From Laetmonice hystrix (taxonomy: Eukaryota), in assembly GCA_965235115.1 (NCBI GenBank), contig OZ249439.1, positions 18,476,001 through 18,540,000 of the forward strand: a DNA stretch of 64,000 nt, read 5' to 3'. The stretch's first letter is position 1. Each line of letters starts with the position of its first letter. A program made the translations under genes and the position numbers. Shown here piece by piece: positions 41,101 to 53,400 of this stretch. The notes under the pieces are model-generated. The model searched no databases. It had not been told where the DNA came from and saw nothing but the letters and a program-made list of their open reading frames with translations.

Positions 41101-44100
41101 TTGATTGGAGTTCACTCGTCAAGGTCATTCAAGGTTGCACTCTGATAGATTGTGAAGAAGCCCATCAGCTGGCAATGTCCTCCATCTTGTTTCTTCTGGC
41201 TTGGGTTTCTTCCAACTGTCACCAAATATGATTACATCTGAACAATGAGGCCTAGAGACCTTGAGATACTATTATTCTATGACAAAATATTTTGCGAGGA
41301 GATTTTACTCATGTATATGAACTCTTGGCGAATGCTTCTTTGTAATATACACAATACCATGTCTCCAAATGACACCATTATTCCGTCTGCAATGTCCGGC
41401 AAGTGAATATTTCATGAAGCTAACCTATAAGGACACTGAGACGTGACCTTTCTCGAAACAGATCCTTTGTCCATGTTGTTGCTAGCAGAGAGTAGTCGGA
41501 ATTGTAGCTGTTTACGCATTGATGCCTACTGATTCGTAGCAACAGACAACCTGGAGGCAATGTCTTCTTGGAAAGGCAGGGCAGACAAGATGAACTCACC
41601 TGTGCTCAAATCGTCAACATGGTCTTTGCCATCGGGAGACAAGGACGACGGTTCAGCGTTGAGCCTCTGGGATCATCCTCTGATGTAAGATAAAGATTAT
41701 CTGTGTAATGCTTGTGCTGACATTTCAATCCAGCTCTCCTGAGGCAATACATTGGGTCGAGTGGACTTGGAAGCTTCAGCTGGCTGAGACAGGCGCTTTG
41801 ACTGGACAAGGATGTCTGGCCGTGCATGACAACATCAGATCAGACTGCCCCTTCGAGGCAGCATGGACCTAACACAGTCTGGATCCCTGAAGGCAGTAAG
41901 CCTATCCCAGCCACTGTAGAGCCTAACTCATTTTGCATCACCCTTTGGCTTGACATTTTTCAGCTTTCGACACAGGATTCTTGTTCCTACTGGAATATAA
42001 CCGAGGCCCTTGGCATCAGTGAAATATAGTAGTCCAAGAGAGACCATCATTCTAAAGGGCTTTATGCGGTTTCCCTCCTGGGCTCCTATCAGTCCTGACA
42101 GTGTTGAATGGGGTGCACAATGTTAATCTATCAGAAAAATCCGTCATAGACATGTTGCAGTGATCAGGAAAAGTTACCTTGATGTATAAATAAATTCTAT
42201 GCAAATGTATTGGTAATGCGTGGTAATTTCATGTTTATCGGTAGTGTAGCTTTGAGATCTCTTATTTAATAAACATGTCCTCTAGGTTGATCTCCCGGTT
42301 AGTGGGTGGTGTGTAAGAAAACGTACATAAGAATTAGACATGCCGTACCGATGATGGATGTGTCAAGGTCAGAGCACTGTAGTTGTGACCAATACCACAT
42401 ATAGTTTTTCCTCGTGAATATTCAGTGAGTGAGATTGGTAAGGCACTGCACTTTAGCCTTTGCCCTTTTTTCGTGTTCTTAACTGTTGGATGACACCTAA
42501 TGCCTTTATCTCCAGAAGCTGTGGGTATGTATAATGGCCCGACACAATATCTCTACATAGTCTTATTACATCACTATCGCTGTAGCTACACGTCATTACA
42601 TCAGATTCTGTCTATTTTTACTTTTAAAAAGGTGGCTAACATGGCCTCCTATAACTGAAAGAGGGGTGGCTGGGGTCTGTTTTTGTTGTACTTCGGTAAA
42701 ATGTTGCGTCAATGGTGGGAAGGGCTTCTTGTGGCAGGTGCAGTGGTGGACGAGTAGGACCCATTAGAAGGAGCCTGGGAGAGTTAACATCAATATTGGA
42801 TGGTGGGATCAGGGTTTGGTCGTGGAGGGACGGCAGTATTCATTGGCAGCAGTAGCAGGGTGACATCAGTGTGTTCCCTAGGACATCCCACAGAGCTGCA
42901 CTCCTACCATACATGCCGTTCACACTGGAGATCGGGCAACTTTTAATCTCTTTACAGGCACTCAACGCTGCACTTCAATTTGTTTGGCTTTTTTTCTGTA
43001 GTGCTGGTATTAACAGACAGGTGGTCTGTGCAACTTTTCCTGTGTATTTATGGGTTTAGATAAATGAACAGAAGTTTTATATTTCAAATATATATTATTC
43101 GAAAATGTGTGAAGAGTTATATGATGATCAGGTTGTTGTTGGCCTTCATTTATTAGAACGCGGTTTCAGTGGTCAGTACATCGCTTTCTTTTGGAACAAT
43201 ATGTGCCTATATCTGACGATTTTTGATTTTGAAATTTCCTCAAAAAACGCAAAAATCCGCTTATAGGCGCACGCGCCTAAAAGTGCGTCAATACGGTACA
43301 GCTATAATGCTTACATCGTCGAAGTAAATCGAAGAATGAAACAAATTTACCTCCCTGAAACGTAGCCTTGATGAAAGTGAACCCCCTGCAAATCCATCAT
43401 AAAGATGGAAGAATTGTCCCTATGTTTTCCCGTTGTTACTGGTTTCTAACAGTGTTCTAACCTGCGGTACACTTCAAGTTCTGTGTAACATTGCTGTGTA
43501 ATCTACACTGTGCAGCCGTCTGCAGGTCATTGGATCTACATTGAGCCGCAGTTGTTATCTACATTATCTACAGTACTACATGGTATTGCGTGAAGGTTTG
43601 AAGATTTGCCTGATCGGAATTACCTGGGATCATTTGTTTACATGTGAATATTTATTGTTCGGGGCTGCAAGAGTTTGAAGTGGGAAGAGTGTAATAAATC
43701 GACATGTTTCCAAACTCAATAGTTTAGTTTTGACTGAATAGGTAATATTATGTGTGTGTTGCGCAGTTCAGTTGCGCAGATAAAATCTTTTTTTTATAAG
43801 CTCGCAGGGCTGAAAAATAATTCTTTTTTTACTATGTATTAGAATGTTCTAGATACTGAGACAAACCTATAGGGCCTTTCACTGTTTCAACGAGAATTTC
43901 ACTAACTGCAGGCACACCTGGATACCAGACACATAATTCATGCGGTATTGTATAACATTTGGTTAGTGATTCATCTGCGGTTGCCTGTGGTGAGCACGAG
44001 CTCATACCACCAGCACTACGCAAACAGATTTGGCCACCAGTTTGAGGGAATCCTGAATGCCCTTTGCCCCAACTTCAGCCTGCCTCGAACGACGGTTGCA

Positions 44101-45885
44101 TAATGACCCAGCACGGAGGGTGTGTTGTGGAGGATTGGAGTCGGCGGACTGCTAGGTACTGCCGACATGATTCTGTTACGTGGTATGGTGATTCATATGA
44201 CAGACTGCAGATGGCGACGGCTGTCTGAGGACGCTGCATACATATGCTACCATTTGCTCTGTCCACTGAACGATGCACCGTACGTACTTTTTTGAACATT
44301 AAATTGTTCTTCAGTAATTACCTGGGAAAAATATTTTAGTTTTGTTTTATTCCTCACCATAGAATAGTAGGAAATATGTTGCACTAGGGAAAATTTGCAG
44401 TTTTATGTTTATTCTACTCTCTGAAAAGGCTATTAAAAGAACTAATTGGGTGTTCTTTACAAAAAAAAAACTAATCCAGCCTGAGTGAAAACGGAGTTTA
44501 AAACCCAAGATGACACCCGATATAGCGAGTAAATGAGTAAATGGGGACCGACCTTATGGGAGGGCAATGACCGCTGGCAGTCGTGCGTTACAAAATGTAT
44601 ATGGTATTCATATAACATAATAGTACTTAGAAGGAAAGGGCCCAGGTAGCAGTAGCGTAGCAGTTCCATATCTGGTGTACATGTCAGCCGAACCAGGTCT
44701 TACCCCATCGGGCCGCATAAACAAGCTACACTATATGCAGATCTCGCATGATCCAACTGCATTTGGCAAACATGTGTGGCAATAATCTGATTGAATATTC
44801 CAGTACAGGAGGCTGCACTGAGTGAAGTGTGGGGGCTGACATGCTAAGACTGCTGCAGTGCTGGAGACAGAGATCTGAGAGTCGGGGTATAGAGGTGGAG
44901 GGGCCAGCGGTGATCATGGCCCTACAACGTGATTGCTCAAATGCCTGCAAATACGACCCCCCAAAAATACTTTATGACGAAACATGATAGGAAATTGTTG
45001 TTATTGTTTGGTACCCCATTGGAAAGAGGTAAAGCAGGTCGAACGAAAACAAGAACTGAAATATGACGCCGATTTTTAATCTCGTTTTTCCAGTTTCTGT
45101 TTAAGTAGTTGAAGTGATTTTAATGTGAATTTCCTGACAACATTTAATGTCAGATTATCCGGTGGATGGAACCTGATGATCATTGTGAAATGTGTTCATT
45201 TCTCCTGACGAATGTCACGATTAATGTTTTCTGAGGGATTTTTTGTACCATTCAGCACACCTGCCTACCCATGGTACATTGTTGTGTGATTCATTCAGTA
45301 CCTGAAGTATTGAGACAGAGAAGTTGAATACCAAGGCATGCCACACTATATAATTAAACATCGGGTGAAAGATCTTTTATTACCCGGGTGTTGTTCCTGT
45401 TCTGTGGACAGACAGTATGATGTTAAACCCATGCTGTGTCTTACATTGTGTCATCGATATTTAACTAAAACAACAAAGTATGCAAGACATAACGATCGTG
45501 TACTTGATCTCCTATTATGATATTAACCACGTCTATCTAAAGATGTATAGGCAAGCGCCAAACGTAGGAGAGGATATAGAACACCCTCCTGAAGTCGAAA
45601 TACCCTTGTGGGGCAGGCCACTGGCCTGAGCCTGGAAGGAATATTTCTATACATGGAGATGTGGAAAGGTGCCCGTTTAGATTCCAGGGAATAGGTAAAG
45701 ACGTGTCTTACAGTGTTATCCTCGATCTTGTTGGCAGACTTTGATATACCCGGGTCAACCATAGGTTAGTGCAGGTATTGCGTTAACAATGATACGACAG
45801 GCTCTGTTTTATTATAGCTTGTATCGTGTAAAAATGCACGCAATACCCTCAGTCATCACAAGACATTAACGAATTATCTCCTCAG

Positions 45886-45953
45886 AGGGAGCATGCAAGA
45901 GGTGTAACTGTTAACACTGAGAAAAAACATATTCCGCATGACCTACTCTCGAG
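45886..45953 (+). other. Candidate 68-nt exon
   Basis: Acceptor TTATCTCCTCAG| and donor GAG|GTAAGC. Open in phase 0 (REHARGVTVNTEKKHIPHDLLS). Confidence 0.15.
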
Positions 45954-46700
45954 GTAAGCAACAAAACAGCAGTACCAGAATCGATCTTACTTTTAAAATA
46001 TAGGCCAAGAACCGTTCTCCTGCAAGATGTATGATATGCATTAAAGACATGACTCGGAGCCTGAGGGGGCATGTTACAAGTTTCAGTACCACAGCGTATA
46101 AGACGCACGCAACCGATAACTACCTTAGCAAGGATGAAAGAAGTTAGTGTTTGAGAAGCTGAAGGAAATGTAAGGGTTGCTAATGGGAAATGCGATGGCA
46201 AAGCTGGCACCATGTCCTGGATATTGGCAGATGAAAGTCTCGCTGTGGCGTAAGATACGACATAATTGTTCATCTGGAGGATGTGAGTCTGTGATTGTCG
46301 TGTCGTTTTGTTTGTTTCCACATGTTGTCGAGTCTGTCCAGGCTAAGGATAAGTGTGATTGTTAGAGTACTGTCTGATAGTACAGCCTCAATCAGTCTGG
46401 ACGAATAAAGTCAATAATGTTTGGTAAATATTACTCAATAATATTTGGTATTCCCCCACGTACCGGGTACGAGTATGTAAATTTGTTTAGCGGTACTTTG
46501 TTGCTGCAATGAGGTCTCGTGATATAATTTGACAGTTAGCCGATTCATTGGTTATTCAAAGTTACTGATAATGTTTTGTTTCGCGAGGATTCAATATGAC
46601 TCGGAAACCTGAGAGCAGTGTTGTGTCACCTTTCCAGTTTTCCACACGGCCGGTTACAAGTTAGCAATAACTTCAGTGACCAATGTTTTTGTCTTTCCAG

Positions 46701-46734
46701 GTGAATGGGCGTTGAATGTTTCTCTGTTCAGCAG
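46701..46734 (+). other. Candidate 34-nt spliceosomal exon
   Basis: Near-consensus acceptor TGTTTTTGTCTTTCCAG| and donor CAG|GTAAGT. Only the phase-1 frame is fully open (GEWALNVSLFS). No homology recognised. Confidence 0.35.
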
Positions 46735-49700
46735 GTAAGTGTATTTTCTGTATTGGTTATTCAGTTCAGTATCATTTTAAGGTATTATCCCGTGTTACGT
46801 TTTATTGATGCGTATGTTTGGATTTCAGTTTCTTGATCCCTGGTTGTGTTTACTCCTGAATTCTTGTTTTATATTACCTTTCAAAAATTTTTGGAAGTCA
46901 CTATTTTGGGAATGTTCGCGAGGACCCATACTTTATACCCATACCCTGACATCCTTTTTCAAAAATATATAACTGCAAAAAATAAATAGTGTAATGTAAA
47001 GTACATTTACGTGCCACCTCTGCACCATGTCTGGATGCATGTGTTGGTTGTGATCCAGCTTACGTACGCGTCGCGTGGAGATACCACATTGTTAACGTAA
47101 AGCTTCCCAAAGCAATTATGCCTTCATGTGCTGCCGTATAACCAGGCGTAAGCGTGCCCCAGGCTCGTAGATTAAGGGGAAGTCAATCAGGTCAGTATTA
47201 CATCATAATGACAACACCCTGTCTTATAAATCAGGGCCTTACTCCGGAAATAGAACAACTTATGAGACTCGTAAAGCAACCATATAGTTGATGGGCGAGG
47301 CATGTCGGGAGAAAAGTTAGATTTTGATTGCAGGTAATGAAATAAGCAGTATACTACTTCAGCAAAGCCTGAAAAACAGGAGGATGATAAAGACGATTTT
47401 TACCAATTACAAATCTAAATGAATACTTTCTAGGTATTAAATAACAAAGTTCTTACATTGATGTCACTCTGTTTTCCTTCTGTTTTTGTTCTTTTTTGTT
47501 TTTATTGTTTAAATGTATAGATTCTATTTCTTCCACCTTAATAATACTAGTATGCTTTATATCCTTTATGGAACGTCTTGTAACATAAATATTCGTGTTT
47601 ATAGTGGGAAACGGAAGCTTGTACTACTTAGGTTTTATTTGGACCAATAATTCATGTGGCAGTTAGCAGATGAGCTTCCATGGCAGGAGATAAGCGACTT
47701 GTAGTCAGCAGCTGCTGGCATGGTCCTGAACTATCGCCACTCTCCCTGGGGAGGAAATAAGCTCAAGTCTTACAGATTGCCGACCTGGCGGCAATCTGGG
47801 GCCCCGTCTACAGGGGTTTCATCATTCGAGCTTTGCTCCCCCAGGGAATACGGTAACCCTCAAATAGATGTCCTCTGTTGACGGTGCGGAGCCTGTCGCT
47901 TCGTGATCCCGTCAACCCCGTCGTCTGCAAGCAGAACACCACTTTAATCCAGCTGCTGCAATTTTTATCTGGCTTTTCTCGGATTAACCACACGGTTGTT
48001 TCAGCTCAGCTCATTCGTTACCCAAATGTTGTTTTTTAGGGGTATTTTTTTCTTTTTGTCTGTGAGTATAGTTTCTCCTTGGCTGCTCAAATCCAGTAGG
48101 TTGTTGTTTGTTGTTTTATGTTGTCTATGTTTTTACAGTCCCCAGATTGTGGTTAGATTAGAACTGGCAATCAACGGTAAAAGAGGAAAGGAAATACAGG
48201 CAAACGTATCATGATTTAATAGCTTATTTATTCTTTGATGCTTCCCGAGAAACTGAATATGGAAACAAATTATGCCTTCATTTGACTGAGTTTCCCCAAG
48301 GAGAATCTAAACCGTGAAGTTCTTAATAATTGGTTTGCTTTGACACCTTATTTTTAATCGATGCGATGGTATTTACCTCGAAGTTCAGATATATCTTAAC
48401 GAAAGTGCGAGCCAGCCGTCTCATGTTGAAGCTCTACAGCTGGTCCTTAAACGTGGATTACATATGGAGCTGTTTGATAAAGTACAGAGCACTTGTGTTG
48501 TGCCTTCTCATTACGGTAATCATGAGCCAAGTAGCAGGTGCAAAGGCAAGGCTTCTAATTAGCGATGATTCAATATCAGTATTTGTAGGAGAGGAAAATG
48601 TGTCTGGTACTGAGGCAAACAGCACACTGCTATAAAAGCATCTACTTTTTGAGAGACAGTATAGAATAGACTGCTGTACCAGATCCTCTATATATATTGT
48701 TATTGTAAGCAGAGCAAGTAATTAAAGGTATGGTATGAGCAGCCATTGGAAATATTAATAAATGTTAGTGGAACTGAAAGATAAATGTGCACTGATTACG
48801 ATTTTGTTTAGGGGAGGGACAGGTTGATGGTGTAGGTGGCACTCGTCGTATAAGGAGGGAAGATAATTTACTCAGTGTTATTTCACCTGTCCTTAATCGT
48901 AGGGACGGAGATAAGAACGCTATATTCCAAGAGCTTACAAAAACAGATTACACGACAAGGGTTGGCTAATATTCCGACATAATCTGTTTGCCAGGTACTA
49001 TCAGTATCACACCAATGATATTCAAGTGAGCTCCTCAATTAGTTCACAAAGACACATTGAATCGTATCAATTTCAAAGGAAGTTTTATTATATGTAATTA
49101 ATACGCCACACCTCGCGGATATTTGCCTTTATTAGATATCAAATCGTAATACTGGCACAACACTATGGTATAACAGGAGTCGTTTGTGTGCTTCTCTCGG
49201 CCGACGGATAGGACGACATCACTGACATTTTGAACGTCCTACAGTGTAAATCCAAAAGTTATACAAGAAAGTAAAGGGTTAGGGTGGGTGGGTTAAAATG
49301 TCCGTGGTGAGAGAGATGGGAAATTCTATTTTGAAAAACTGTAAGCCTTTTGCAGGGAACTTGAGGTAAGAAGGCAAATGATAAATAACTGGCTCGATGT
49401 TACATACCGGTGTACATTGACACTGATGGACAAGAACCATCCCTATATTATAGTGAACGTGATGGATATGTTTTAGATAGTAAAATGACATGACACGAAC
49501 TATTTTTATAGATATATAGCCGTTTATTCTAGACCTTTAACCCCAAATGCAGGTTAACAGATGAGCTCGTTAGATTAGAACATGCCCGCACCAGTTAGTG
49601 TCCTGGTCAGTGTATATTGTATGTTGAAAAAAATAAATAAATAAGGATGGCTTGTTAACCTTATGCGGTGGTCACGAATCATTTTTGTGACAAGCGCAGA

Positions 49701-50260
49701 AGTTTGATTAGGTGAAATAGCTGTGTGGCACTTTAGGGTGGTTCATAACTTTAATTTCCTAATAGTACCAGCATTAGATACTTTTACACTGCCATAGTGA
49801 CCGTTAAGAGAAAGAAACACCTGATTAGTTAATCAGGCTCGCGTTAGTAATATCCTGAAATAAGACCAATCCGTCTAAATTACATGAATTTTTATTAAAT
49901 TTGGTGCCGTTTTTGTGTCACATGAAGTCTAATTAGTTTGGTAAAACAGATGCTAATTCCAGTGATTTAGTGTAGGCAGAGCATGGGAATCCGGGAAAAC
50001 CATAGAATTACAACCCACCGTTTTCCAGGCTCTGACAAAATTAACATTTCTCATATCCAAAGTGTAGCAAATTCCCTATGTTGTTTGCTAAAGACGCTAC
50101 CCCTTCATTCCCTGACATCAGAACATTACGTAAGTATTTATAACATCGAAAATGATGTTTTTTCTTTTATAAAACTAAATAAAATATATGTCATATTCTA
50201 ACGGAAAGTCTCTACACAAGCTGCCGTTGGTTTCCTTTTTTTTTAATTTTGTTATAACAG

Positions 50261-50401
50261 TTTGTGCTGCTAATTATCTTGTCTGCCTGAGAGCATCCTG
50301 TGGTCGAAGACTCCCAACACAACGCTCATTAGGCGTCAGGAAATTAGGTGCTATTGGAGCAGGGTTACTTTTCACCTGTTGACATGAGATGGGCCCGCCA
50401 G
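50261..50401 (+). other. Candidate non-coding (UTR or lncRNA) exon, 141 nt
   Basis: Strong acceptor TTTCCTTTTTTTTTAATTTTGTTATAACAG| and donor CAG|GTAAGG. All three frames contain stops. Confidence 0.25.
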
Positions 50402-53400
50402 GTAAGGTCCCCCTAGCGGCCAGGTGGGCCTAAAGCGTATCAGCATTACAAAACCCATCAGCCCAAAACAGGGCTAGTAATGACCTGCCATACTATTGTT
50501 GTCAGTCTTGAGAGCAGGACCTGCTCACATTACTAATCTGTATTTTAACCGTATGCCGTCATCTCTGACATCTTGAGAATGGACGCAGTCCTCAACCACA
50601 CAATACATGTCCCTGTAGCCATTTTTAACATTACACTAATGCGGAGGGGAATAGAATAGGCATGAGGGACTGTAGACTCATAGTTGAGGAACAAAATGCA
50701 CTCTTTTATACATCTGGTAGTCGTTAGTTAAACAGCTCGCTAATTATAGCGGGATATAGGAACAAGGTACTCGTACCGCTACATCAACTGAAAGGGCAGG
50801 GGAACTAAAACTATAAACTGCCGATATTACAACGTGTACACCTGAAATGTCTTCAAAGTCAAGACAAATAACGTTATCAATATTATCTAGTGAAATGATT
50901 AAACTCATACTCACTTGAAGAAAAAATTAACCGATGGTAAAATTTGGTCATTGTAGACCCCTAACAAATCGAGCTTAACTTGGTGAAATGTGAAGGCTGA
51001 GGAGGAGCCAAGGAGTTACGAGTGGTGCGCTGTAAGTAGCTGACGATATGGGGCTGTCGCTGTAAGCCCCAAAGTGTGCATTATAATTATCACTCTCAAA
51101 TTACAGGCTATTGTGCTTAGCGCAGGATTTGGATTGACAATCTGCTTCCTGGCTTGCATGTGTCTTACTTGGGTGTGCGAAGCCTCTGCCGCCCCGGATT
51201 GATTGCTCAGTTAACGGCTGACAGCATGGCGCCGTCCAAGTGGCCCTACTTGTTGAATCACCGCCTCACCTGTGAGGTTTCATTTACCTGAATGGCTATC
51301 AAATGGATGTCGAAGGCTTGTCCTAGATCTTAGTTCTGTAGTTTGCCAGTGTCATTTTCACCTTGCAGCGTACCGGTAAGGCTTCTATACATTCGCCATT
51401 TTCCATCATGCAGTAAAATTATCTGCGACAAGGACATGTTCACTTTCCGCTAAGTCGCCATCAGTCTTTGGATCATAGTTATTATATTTCTATATTTAGG
51501 TGAGGATAAAGGGTGTATGTGGGCAGGCGGTAGACTACTTGGGTCATATTATAACTGGCTAGGTCATTTCCGTTGACATCATCCTGTAGACCTACTTCAG
51601 TGGGATTAATGAAGCACTGCAACTACCCGCGTACTGCATGCAGGAGGCCTAGTAGTATTAGGAAAGTGGAACTTCGGCGAATCCGTGCGCAGAACAAGAT
51701 TTCTAATGAGGTACAGAGGACTGTATTAAACAGTGCAGACTTGTCAACCTATCTTTGGGAGAATCAAGGCAAAGACCAAACTGGTGAACAGAAAGGCAAA
51801 AAAATATTTGTGTGAAAATAACTTATTCAAGACAAAATCATTGTGTTCATCAACAGCGGTGAGACTGCAAATTCAATGTACACGACCACACGTGGGCTCG
51901 ACATGAATAACAAAACACATCATACATGTCACTGCCTATCATTTTCCTCTCTAATGACTTTCGTAATTTTTAATTGAAATCCGAAATGAAAGTGTGAAAC
52001 CTTTTGTTAGGAGCTAATGATTCCGGCACTCAGGCATAGCAATGAGTGTTGTTGCAACCCTGCCCCTCCTGATTAGAGTTTGGAGGGAGGGGGTGTTTTT
52101 TTCTAAATTGACTTAGGAACAGTGACAGGTATCTCATGGTTGGTTTTATACGTGGGCATTATTGGTTAGCTGCTGTGGATACAATGTTTGCAATGTGAAA
52201 TGAAGCACAAAAACAATGGTGGCCTATTGGTGTGGTTCCTGTCCCGGTCGTCAAGCATGACAATTCGTAACAGACGTGCATTATGTGAGGCCATTCACTC
52301 CTGTCAGACCCATACATGTCATTACAGCACAAAACAAAGCCTGTCACAAGTTTTGCATCTTAATTAGGCCAGACTTGCAGGATTTTAATTGAACTAAATC
52401 ACAAAGACAAAAGACTTGAGGGGGTGTGATTGTTCCATTGTTCGTGTTCGTTGTTTTAACCACCTGATGTCAAAAGTTCCGTAAGAGAGGACAGGTAAAA
52501 GAGTTTTCATAGTCATTTTGTTTTGTCACCTTTTATAGGATTTCAAGAGAGACGACAGTGAGATTGCTGGAATAATGTGACAAATGATTTGAAAACCCAA
52601 TCTGCCTAATGTATCATCTATCAACGCGTGCCAATCTCTAATCAGGTCTTGGATTTTGGTCTCTTACTCGTGGGGAACATACAAGTTCAGAGAGGTAAAT
52701 TATTATACTTGCAGGCTAATAATGTTGGCCATGCAGCATACTGTATATCACCGTCATACCAAACAACCAAGAATGTACCCCTGTGATTTTGTTAAAGATG
52801 TATAGATATTATTTCAAACCTTAAATCAATAGCTATTTCACCAAGGTATAAGGTGACGATATCTAAATATTTTTGTCTACCACTCGAGACAGCGATCAAT
52901 AGAGGTGATTACGGTATGATTTATGGGTCCAGGTTTGGAGGTAACCTGTGATACCATGCCGATATGTCAGCGTTGACAGATGATGGCATTGTTTCTTCTT
53001 TACTTAAGGGCCTGACGCTTATCTTGGGCTATGCCTGAGGCCTCAGGTTTCTGGCACCCTAGGCACAAAGAACATAATGTAAATGTCTGAGCTGTGCCAA
53101 ACTCACCCGCGGCATTGAACTATGGCTCGAGTTCACCGATAGTGTCCCACTGTGGTTGCTTGCAAGACATGATGAATGCCAGTCATCATTTCTATGAAGT
53201 AACATGACCGCATACTCGGATGAAAATAAGATTGAGATTTAATTGGACATAACATAATCTCTGGTTATAGGATCCGGATAAAATCTCGATTAATAAAAGT
53301 GTACAATGTGTCTGATAGGAATCGGAAAGTTGAACTTGGCGATTATGACATGGCATGCCATATTTGATGAGTGAACACCCAGCTTGTTTTGTAGGCTACG

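Noticed and set aside
53034-53047. 14-bp palindrome CCTGAGGCCTCAGG (also 12-bp CAGCAGCTGCTG at 47706 and several 8-bp stems)
   Set aside because: Several palindromes of these sizes are expected by chance in 64 kb.
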